This document shows, one piece after another, positions 1 to 7,879 of a DNA stretch of 12,530 nucleotides. A program made the position numbers and the translations under genes. The notes under the pieces are model-generated. The model had not been told where the DNA came from. It worked only from the letters and a program-made list of their open reading frames with translations, and did no database searches. The DNA lies in assembly GCA_018985225.1 (NCBI GenBank), contig JADGIF010000261.1:1-12530 (forward strand), given 5' to 3'. This stretch comes from Amoeboradix gromovi X-113. Taxonomy: Eukaryota > Fungi > Sanchytriomycota. Positions within the stretch are counted from its first letter, which is position 1; every line of letters begins with the position of its first letter.

Positions 1-431
1 TTAGTATAACATTACAAAATGACTCTAGAAAAGAGAACCGTCTAAGAAAATGCACCTTTTGCTTAGATGCTCAAAGAACTCATATATTTGAAAGAGATGC
101 AGGGTCTTCTAGTTTTATTTGAAAAAGAGGAATACAATCAATGAAAGAAAATTGGTATAATAGAAGATCTTTTATTAATGATTTCCTCCGTATGGTGCAC
201 CTTTAAAAACGAGTCAGTCTAGTTTTTATATTTGGTGTCCCATTAATGGTGTTTAGACACCCACTGTGAACTGCTTTTCTTCTCATGTTATAGCAAATAA
301 ATGGCAATTCAAAGTATTTATTAGAAGTGCAGCTAAGTTTGCACAGACTCATTTTCTTTGTTTAGTATGAAATGGTTTCATAGCTCTTGCTTTTTATAGA
401 GGACCATTATAGTCTACTGACTTGATAAATG

Positions 432-548
432 TGCATCCATATTCAATCTCGCCCCAGGGTAGTAGAATCGTGAGCAATTTCTGTACAGAGGCAACTGGTT
501 CTCAGACTTTGTGGAATTTCTCGATTTTCTCGGAATCAAGACTTTTAA
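432..548 (+). repeat. Copy A of a ~120-bp element; inverted copy at 5467-5585
   Basis: Manual alignment to the reverse complement of 5467-5585. Block 432-478 matches 40/47. Block 512-548 matches 34/37 with one gap. The middle ~33 nt differ in sequence but fold as a hairpin in both copies. Confidence 0.9.
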
Positions 549-932
549 TGTGGAAATAGTAGCTCATGCAGGCGCTTTGATACCACTAACTTTTCTTAAG
601 TGTTGAAATAGCTATGCATGGAAGCTTTTGTAACTCTAGCATCGTCCTAATCATGTTCAAAAACTTTGCAGTTTGACAGGCTCGAAATCTTTGATCGATT
701 TTCTACTAGACACTGCTGGATGTCCACTCACAGGATTCTTTGAGCTATCTCCCAAATAAACAGCTTTCCATATCTTGTTTGGCTATTGATCTTCTTATCA
801 TGCGCAGGCAAATTAGGATATATCGTTCATGTTAGAAACTCATTAATGAAAATTCAGTTACAAAAAGAGCACAAGGGAAAAGGGTCATAGCTACAGCCAT
901 ACTGTAGTTAGTATCACAGGGATTATAGTTGA

Positions 933-968
933 GTAAGAAAGTTTTAACTAACCCTATCAACCCCTCAG
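933..968 (+). other. Candidate 36-nt spliceosomal intron upstream of ORF 1030-1983
   Basis: GTAAGA donor at 933, CTAAC branch-like motif at 948-952, CAG acceptor at 966-968. Removal deletes two in-frame TAA codons and joins TVVSITGIIVE to YPAHSWGG in the frame of the 1030 ORF. No upstream ATG could be fixed. Confidence 0.45.
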
Positions 969-1029
969 GTATCCAGCTCATAGTTGGGGGGGCCTATTCG
1001 CGAAGTCTGTATCACCTATTTCTCCTCGT

Positions 1030-1983
1030 ATGCAAATTTCTCGCAAAAGTTCAATGGAGTCTACTTTTGCTTGCGCTGTAGATTTCGAGCTAACCAATGA
1101 AGTGCACAACATCAAAATTGCACCGAATTCATCTCTAAGCAATAACTGCGTTATAACCCACGTCAAACCCGCAGAGAGTTGCCTGAAATATTCAATTTCC
1201 TGGAAAAATGCAGAATTTAAATTTGCAAAGAACTGCGATCGCTTCGGACAGCTTAAGGTCATACCCAATCAGCGGATTGCTGTCATAGGTAGAGTGGAAA
1301 TGAACTCAAAAGGCGAATGGCAAATCGGATCCATTCCAGAGACTAAAAGCTTCCTGAAGTGGCTTCATTTAGATATTTTAAGTGGTATACTAATAATACT
1401 TAGAGAATCCGAAAGTGCTTGCAGAAACAGGCTACATGGTTCTACTTCAGAGTCTCTTCCTAATTATACTATTTTAGAGTCTCTACATATACCACCTGAC
1501 TACGAAGGAAGAGACGAAGAAGCAAACGTGGATTTTCTGCCCTGCAAAGTCTTTAAACTGCCCTTAAATGCCCAGCAAAGTCTTATCCGTAAATTAGCAC
1601 CATTTCAACAAACGCAAGGATGGCAACAGGAAGTGCTGTTTATGATTCTTGTTATACTAGTAGTTGTACTTGCAATATTGCCAATTATTCTTGGTGGCAA
1701 GTTCTCATTCTATTGGTATTGGCCTTTAATGGGCGTCGTTGTGTTAATTTGGCTCCGGATAATATTTCGCAACTATGTCACTCTGATTCGGATAGAAAAA
1801 TTTAGGAGTTTGTTAAAGTCCATGAAGATGTATAATGTCTCCAAACTTAACGATAATATTCGCAATTTGGAAGGACAAATTATATATGTAGAGGGCTATT
1901 GTAGGCAAACTCGCTTGACACTAGAGCCTCCTTTTGGTGACGAGGAATGTTTGTATTGGTGGTTAATTGCTGCAAAGAAATAG
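1030..1983 (+). CDS. Uncharacterised membrane protein, weakly GIDE/At1g16860-like; true 5' end probably lies upstream
   Basis: 317-aa ORF with two adjacent hydrophobic helices (VLFMILVILVVVLAILPIIL; YWYWPLMGVVVLIWLRIIF). Motifs AVDFELTN, IAVIGRV and IYVEG..LEPPF...CLYW resemble GIDE-like domains by eye only. AATAAA at 1985-1990 follows the stop. Confidence 0.6.
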   Translation: MQISRKSSMESTFACAVDFELTNEVHNIKIAPNSSLSNNCVITHVKPAESCLKYSISWKNAEFKFAKNCDRFGQLKVIPNQRIAVIGRVEMNSKGEWQIGSIPETKSFLKWLHLDILSGILIILRESESACRNRLHGSTSESLPNYTILESLHIPPDYEGRDEEANVDFLPCKVFKLPLNAQQSLIRKLAPFQQTQGWQQEVLFMILVILVVVLAILPIILGGKFSFYWYWPLMGVVVLIWLRIIFRNYVTLIRIEKFRSLLKSMKMYNVSKLNDNIRNLEGQIIYVEGYCRQTRLTLEPPFGDEECLYWWLIAAKK

Positions 1984-1984
1984 T

Positions 1985-2001
1985 AATAAACCCAGTTTAT
2001 T
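1985..2001. terminator. Back-to-back polyadenylation signals between convergent genes
   Basis: AATAAA on + (1985-1990) and on - (1996-2001), inside the 20-bp gap between stops at 1983 and 2004. Together they form the inverted repeat AATAAAC-CCA-GTTTATT. Confidence 0.55.
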
Positions 2002-2003
2002 TG

Positions 2004-4155
2004 TTACTGCACAAATTTTACTCTCTTTTCCATTTTTTGCAACGGATTCAAGTTATCCTGTTCATCCTCGATCTTATTCAGCAACTCGGCTTTTAAATAT
2101 TGGTCCTCTGTATCGTACAAATCCGTTGCAATTTTTCTACATCTCAAATACTCTCGAAATGTATCCTCATTCCCATATTTTACCTCGAAAGCTTGCCAAT
2201 CTTCCCAAAAGTCAGTACATGTCTATTTTAGTGAAAATTACATTTGGATTCGAGAGCTGACTACACCAGCTGTACAACTCTCGTGTTCTGTCAATTTCAC
2301 CATTTGCTAACTCAAATTCAATGAATTCCATACACACCATCCTGGACTCATCATCCAACAAGTCCTCTATAGCTGTGGTATATGCCTGTCTAGTTGAATC
2401 GGCATCGTAGTATTGTCTAGTCTTTTTAATAAATTCTCTGTATAGATTTAACTTGTCACTCTTATTTACTAAAGTAGCGCCTAACTTATACACGTTTATT
2501 GCTTTTCTAACGGTTCCATATTCTAATTCGTACATGGCATACCAATTTATAAACTTCAGGACTTTACCTTTTTCAACTAGCGATATGCATTGATCAAAAC
2601 AGTGTCTGATTCTTTCTACCTTGCTTTCTTTGTACATTTCAACTAATAGTGGCAAATAAGATGAATAAAACTCAGACTGAAATGATTTAAAGGACTGGAT
2701 GCCTCTTTCGTATATGCTAAACATGGCATCAAACATTTCGTTAGAGTGCAAATACACGATGTAGTTCATAAATATCTGAGCAGTAGCTTGCTTAGAGGCA
2801 ATGCATTCTTCGTACGCACTGATTACATGTTCAGAGTCAATTGATTCCTCGAAATCAATAAAGGCATTCCATAATGCAGCACCACTGCAAATGGTCACTC
2901 CTTGCTTATATATAGACCTAGCTTTTTCAACGTCACTCTCGAAGTGTTTAGCTTTGATCATATACATTTGTTCAAGGTCTTTGGTGTTTCTGAACTTGTA
3001 GTTTGTTGCTTCATCATAAACTGCATCGCCACACTCCAAAGCATAATCGTTCCACAGCAAATGAATAGAATCAAGTGGGGTAGCTCTTTTAGGATCTATA
3101 GTTTGTAAAGCTAACTGATAAGCCGGCTTCAAAGGCTTTTCAAGTAACTTTTGAAGTTTTATGTAGTTGCGCCAAACATCGATACTATTAGGAAACTGAC
3201 GGGTCAGGGTAGACTGAATAAGCAGTAAATGGCGCTGCAGAAGATAGTCATACTTGTCCATCCACATTGAAGCGTCATCAGAGGTTTTATACAAGGTACA
3301 TAGCTGCTCCATAACAAAAAGGTATTGTTCATATATCATAATCAGATCATAAACGTTGTTAGTCTTAGTTATGCCTCTATCAAATGTGCTAATACAATTC
3401 TCAATATCTTTTATTTCGATATAGTATCTGGCCAAAGCGTTTAACAACTTGTAGTTGAATTGCTTTGATAGCAAGTCATTTAACAAAGTGGGGATATCTA
3501 TGTAATCATGCAGTTCAACTGTATATTCGCATATTATATGTTGTATAAATAACAAAGAATTTTGATTCGATTTCATAAATCTTAAAAATGTTAGCACTGC
3601 AGTTGGTGTGTGCATCTTAAATAGCAGTGATATGACATCTTCTTTTTCAGTAGCATTGGTTAGTATGTAGTAGTATCTCTGCAGTAGCAGGGCACCAAGC
3701 TGATTGTTTAGATGCTTAGAGTAATCTACAATTCTACTCCAAATGTGTTTATGGAGTGGAACAGGTAGGTTCAGAAGGGCTGAGTTAAGTACGTGGACTA
3801 TAAACGGCGCTTTGTAAGGCATATAATTGATCAGAAAATCTAAACACAAGTAATAGATACGAGGCATTTGATTCAAAAACAAAAAACAAATTTCAAAGTC
3901 CATCTTTATGGCATGCAGATCCTGGTATAAAGGGTTAGGCGGTAGCATCTTTAGCTTGCACTGTAGGTACTGGTACCACAATTTGTAATAGTATGGGCAT
4001 TTAGATAGAGCACGAAGGTAGAGATGCAATTTTGGTATCATGTCATTTTGGTAATCAATGTATCTCAACCAAGTCTTGATATCTAGTGGATTTCTTATTA
4101 GCTGCTGCTCGAATAGCAAGTGATCTGGCTGGATGAATTGCAATGATGGATGCAT
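2004..4155 (-). CDS. SYF1: Pre-mRNA splicing factor SYF1/XAB2 (HAT-repeat, NineTeen complex); exons 4155-2242 and 2222-2004, ~710 aa
   Basis: N-terminal FEQQLIRNPLDIKTWLRYID and YKLWYQYL, then QMPRIY and HAT repeats. After removing the 19-nt intron the C-terminus reads EIDRTRELYSWCSQLSNPNTCTDFWEDWQAFEVKYGNEDTFREYLR, matching the SYF1 hallmark FEV.HGNEDT..EMLR. An alternative in-frame ATG lies at 4206. Confidence 0.93.
2223..2241 (-). other. 19-nt spliceosomal intron in SYF1 (GTAATTTTCACTAAAATAG)
   Basis: GT..AG ends, phase 0. Removal corrects a frameshift and gives NPNTCTDFW, the same spacing as DPRTTGAFW in human XAB2 (recalled). Confidence 0.9.
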
Positions 4156-4256
4156 TACACACGGGAGATTGTTGAATAAAATGTGGACCAAACACTCGCA
4201 TGTCATTTTAGAGCCTCTAAAATTATGTTATAAATTGAAGGAAGACCCAATTGAGT

Positions 4257-5423
4257 ATGTCTGATAATTATGATGAAGGGTTTACTACAAAAATTATGAA
4301 CAAGGTTAATGAGTTCGCTCACATGCCTCGAGATTCAAACAATGCAAACACAACGAGCAGCACAGTTAGCTCTGGAACAACCAGTACACCTGCTAACAAA
4401 AAGAGTGGTGAGAGATTAACAGAGAAGATGGAAAATACGGGTAAAGATGTCAAAGACAGTGCTTATCAAGCCAAGGAAGATGCTAAGCAAGGTGCTAGTA
4501 ATACCAAAGATAACTTGTCAAGAGAGAGTCAATTGAAGAAGGAACAGGCTGAGAATGTAGCATCTGGAATTACTGGTAAGATTGAAGAAACTTGGTCCTA
4601 TATTACCGGACAGGGTAAATATGACGAGAACCGTTCCAACAATGACTTAGCCACTGATGCGTCTCAGAAAGCCAGTGAAACTAAGGAAAATGTTAAATCC
4701 AAAGCTAGCGGAATTGCAGATCAAGCGAAACAGACCAAATCCAACATTAAACAAGGAACAGATGATAACGATATATCTTATACTGAAAGGAAGGAAAATG
4801 CTAAAGATAGGCTGGAAAAAGACGAGAGTGTTATAGTTCATGGAGTCCATCAAATTGAGGATGCAGTATCTAGCGGTTTGACGAACACTTGGAGTTACAT
4901 AACTGGCAAGACTGGCGAGGTAGGACATGAATCAAATGTTAAAGCAGGACAAGCTGCCGATACTGTGAGAGAGACAACTCAGGGAGTCAAAGACTCAGTC
5001 AAGGATAACGCAAAGTATGCTGATGATAGGGCTGGCAAGGCCATCGACGATGCTAAGGAGTATATCCAGGAAACTAAAGACAGCGCTAGCAACAAGGCTA
5101 ATGATCTCATGGAAAAGTCAGTTGAAAAAAAGGACCAACTCAAAGAATCGGCAAAGGATACAGCCAATCAAGCTGATTACAAAGCGGGCGAAGCTGTAGA
5201 TTCTGCCTATGAAAAAAAGGACCAATTGAAACAATCTTCAACAAATCCAGATCACAAAGATACTATTGCAGATAAACTAGCGGACACTTGGAATAGTCTT
5301 ACTGGCAAGAAAGATGACGAAAACATAAAGATCCACCAAAAACAAGAGCCAATTGAGTATTTGAAGAGGGACGTGGGGCATGTTAATTTGAAAGATGACA
5401 AACAGTCTAAAGTTTTTAAATAA
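4257..5423 (+). CDS. LEA-like (group 3 style) hydrophilic repeat protein, 388 aa
   Basis: Rich in K/D/E/A/T/S with no Cys. Amphipathic repeats such as KDSAYQAKEDA and EKKDQLK (twice, 29 aa apart). First ATG is at 4257; the track starts at TTG 4251. The stop overlaps AATAAA (5419-5424). Confidence 0.75.
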   Translation: MSDNYDEGFTTKIMNKVNEFAHMPRDSNNANTTSSTVSSGTTSTPANKKSGERLTEKMENTGKDVKDSAYQAKEDAKQGASNTKDNLSRESQLKKEQAENVASGITGKIEETWSYITGQGKYDENRSNNDLATDASQKASETKENVKSKASGIADQAKQTKSNIKQGTDDNDISYTERKENAKDRLEKDESVIVHGVHQIEDAVSSGLTNTWSYITGKTGEVGHESNVKAGQAADTVRETTQGVKDSVKDNAKYADDRAGKAIDDAKEYIQETKDSASNKANDLMEKSVEKKDQLKESAKDTANQADYKAGEAVDSAYEKKDQLKQSSTNPDHKDTIADKLADTWNSLTGKKDDENIKIHQKQEPIEYLKRDVGHVNLKDDKQSKVFK

Positions 5424-5466
5424 AAGTTATAGTTTTTATTAGTGGATACTCAAATGCGCTTACTCG

Positions 5467-5585
5467 TTAAAAGACCTGATTTCCGAGAAAATCGAGAATT
5501 TCCAGAGAAACTAGCAATGCTAGATCTCCGTTGCAGTGATTGCTCACGCTTTCCCTACCCTGAGGCGGGATTGAATAAGGATGCA
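5467..5585 (-). repeat. Copy B of the ~120-bp element (inverted relative to 432-548)
   Basis: See copy A. Contains the perfect hairpin CTAGC-AAT-GCTAG (5511-5523), extended by CAGAGA/TCTCCG. Confidence 0.9.
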
Positions 5586-5668
5586 GATACTTGATGTATA
5601 TATTCCTTGCTGCCATATGGTGTCTATCTATTTCCAAATGACAATTTGTACAGGTTCAGGTTTATAGG

Positions 5669-5825
5669 TTGGTTTTCTTTAAAGTACCATACCTCGTACA
5701 TGGCATCGAATTTGTTCCTTGGTGCCATGTGGTCCATGTCCACTTCCAAATGACACTATGTACATGAATAGCTCTCCAAATTGGTTTTCTTTAGAGTGCC
5801 ACATGTTGTACATGGCATCGAATTT
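5669..5825. repeat. 45-bp imperfect direct repeat (5669-5713 and 5781-5825)
   Basis: 39/45 identical, including an exact GTACATGGCATCGAATTT. Offset is 112 bp. Confidence 0.85.
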
Positions 5826-5864
5826 TCTTGTTTGGATCAGTTCCTCAGTCTGAGACGAATGTAT

Positions 5865-6211
5865 GCTGTACCTGTTAGTTGTTTTTTTAGAGTTGATTAA
5901 TACTTGTGAAAAGGAAGAATATCGAATATTTAAGGTATTTGAAAAATCTGGAAAAGTCTTGAACTTATACAAAAATATTTACAAATTCGCGATAAATGAT
6001 TTATTCAAGAAAACAATCGAGCTGTACCTATTAGTTATTTCTTTAGATTTGGCATGTTAAGGATTACATCCATTGATTCCATTTACCATTCGCGAAAAGG
6101 AATAATATCGAGTATTTAAAGTATTTTAAAAATCTAGAAAAATCATGAAATTATGTATAATACATACAAAGTCTCGGTATATAATTTATTTTATAAAATT
6201 TAATAGCTGTA
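5865..6211. repeat. Degenerate tandem duplication with units of 156 bp (from 5865) and 185 bp (from 6021)
   Basis: Both units start GCTGTACCT(G/A)TTAGTT and share GAAAAGGAA.AATATCGA.TATTTAA.GTATTT.AAAAATCT.GAAAA. The second unit has a ~30-bp insertion. GCTGTA recurs at 6206. Confidence 0.85.
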
Positions 6212-6390
6212 AATTGTAACATATCTTCCGTGTTAGCCAGCGTATAATATGTAACATTTTATAGAGTATGTGTTTAGTATCATGTATATAATATTAATCT
6301 ATCTCTAAAGAGATTACTTCTAACGGTCCATATGGGTGCCGATGTGTTTAGTTTTATGGGGTGATAAAAGTTGAAAACATTGTAGCACAT

Positions 6391-7866
6391 ATGTCTAATG
6401 ACGGTGATAACAGCATGTCATATAATACGAAAATGGGTAAGCTTATCGGCCACATACATAATTTAAACTCCATAATTAAAGACCAGCAGCTTCTGATAAA
6501 AGAGAATAATTTGGAATATTTCATAAATAGATTAAATACATTGATTAGCGATTCAAAGCACTTGAAACAAGTCAATAGTAGAATACAGGAGCAGCTAAAT
6601 CAGGTTATGACAATAGTAGATGGTGATACTAAAATGGATCGAAAGCAATTTGCCCAGAAGCTTGTGAAAACAGAACAGAAATACATAAAGAATCTAGATG
6701 AAAAAGACAAGGCGCATGCTGAAGATATTAAGAGAATCGAAAGTGAGTATGTCGACAAGATAAACATTCTGAAGCAACAGCATCTAAGGGATTTGGATTC
6801 TGCTAAAGTTGATTATTCTCGCCATTTTCAAGATACCAGTGTTCAATTTAACCAAGAAAAGACCGCCTTAGATGAAAAGCTGATTCATTTACAGCAAATT
6901 CACCAGGAAGAGCTACTAAATTTACAAAATAAACAATCTGTCAAGTTTGATACTTTAAAATCAAAGTTTGAAGAGAAATATGCGAGACAACAAGAAAAAA
7001 ATGATAGAGCCATAAACGACATTAAGGAGTATTACGACAGAATTACGCATGAACTTAAAGCAGAACACGCTACATACATCAAGGATTTAGAAAGCAAACA
7101 TTTAGTTGCAATGGCAAATATGAGTGAACAGCATTCTGTAGTTCTAAAAGATACGAGTGCAATACACGAATGTGAGTTAAAACGAGAGACGCAATTTCAA
7201 CTTCAGAAATATCAATCTGAGTTACAAATCCAAAATCAAAATCATATTTTGCAAGTGGAAAAACTAAAAAATGAGCACTTCGAGGAGCTTAAACTACTTG
7301 AAGCAAAACTTGTTCATGAAATTGACGAATTAAACACAAAAAACAAAAGCATGGTATCTAAATTTGAACTTGAAATGAATCAAATAAAGTCTAATCACCT
7401 GAAAGAAAAAGATGCGCTTAAATTGGAAATAAATTTATTGAAGGATGCCAATTCTACGCTATCAAAAGAATTGGCCAACAGAATTGAACATATTGATCAG
7501 CTGACTATGGCCGTAGAATCTTCCCATCTACATTTAAATAATGTAGTTTCCAAGAAGCACTCTTTAGAATCCCAAATTGTAGATTTACAAGCACGAGCTA
7601 ATGCGCTTGACCAGCACTATAAGCACTCTTTGAAAATGTTGGAAGACAAGGAGCAAATTGTGCTAGATGGTCAATCTAAGCTAAAATGTGTTACTGAGCA
7701 ACTTAGTGACTCAAGCGGTATCAGAAAGTCATCTCCTAGTCACCCAAGTGGTAGATCATTTACGTTGTTTGCCGAAGACTTTGATTCTTGGATAGAAAAG
7801 AGGGAAACAGAACCACCACTGAACCTGAATCACAATATTTTAATAACAGGAATGGACTTGGATTGA
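6391..7866 (+). CDS. Long coiled-coil protein of unknown family, ~491 aa
   Basis: Uninterrupted ORF with E/K/Q/L/H-rich heptad pattern and no Pro over the first ~440 aa. Short S/P-rich tail. First ATG is at 6391; the track starts at GTG 6361. Confidence 0.8.
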   Translation: MSNDGDNSMSYNTKMGKLIGHIHNLNSIIKDQQLLIKENNLEYFINRLNTLISDSKHLKQVNSRIQEQLNQVMTIVDGDTKMDRKQFAQKLVKTEQKYIKNLDEKDKAHAEDIKRIESEYVDKINILKQQHLRDLDSAKVDYSRHFQDTSVQFNQEKTALDEKLIHLQQIHQEELLNLQNKQSVKFDTLKSKFEEKYARQQEKNDRAINDIKEYYDRITHELKAEHATYIKDLESKHLVAMANMSEQHSVVLKDTSAIHECELKRETQFQLQKYQSELQIQNQNHILQVEKLKNEHFEELKLLEAKLVHEIDELNTKNKSMVSKFELEMNQIKSNHLKEKDALKLEINLLKDANSTLSKELANRIEHIDQLTMAVESSHLHLNNVVSKKHSLESQIVDLQARANALDQHYKHSLKMLEDKEQIVLDGQSKLKCVTEQLSDSSGIRKSSPSHPSGRSFTLFAEDFDSWIEKRETEPPLNLNHNILITGMDLD

Positions 7867-7879
7867 TAAAGCTAGGTAT

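Noticed and set aside
422-426. Flanking TTGAT equals the known ISDra2 TnpB target motif
   Set aside because: It is a common 5-mer in AT-rich DNA, and IS200/IS605 elements do not duplicate their target, so it is treated as coincidence.
550-800. Possible second Fanzor relic on the minus strand leading into element copy A (KLFIW, EWTSSS, SNCKVFEHD in different frames)
   Set aside because: It needs several frameshifts and a deletion and lacks intact CxxC/RD motifs, so it cannot be told from chance by eye. A profile search could revisit it.
888-910. GCTACAGCCATAC resembling the 5' end of 5S rRNA, within a 9-bp hairpin
   Set aside because: The downstream sequence does not continue as 5S rRNA, and the region more likely belongs to an upstream exon of the membrane gene.
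5454-5594. 46-aa ORF MRLLVKRPDFRENREF... across element copy B
   Set aside because: The frame is not preserved in copy A (two single-base indels).
5669-6211. CRISPR-like array, and track ORFs 5679-5972 and 5863-6060 as genes
   Set aside because: Only two degenerate copies of each repeat in a eukaryotic context. The ORFs are short, overlap on opposite strands and break in the second repeat unit.
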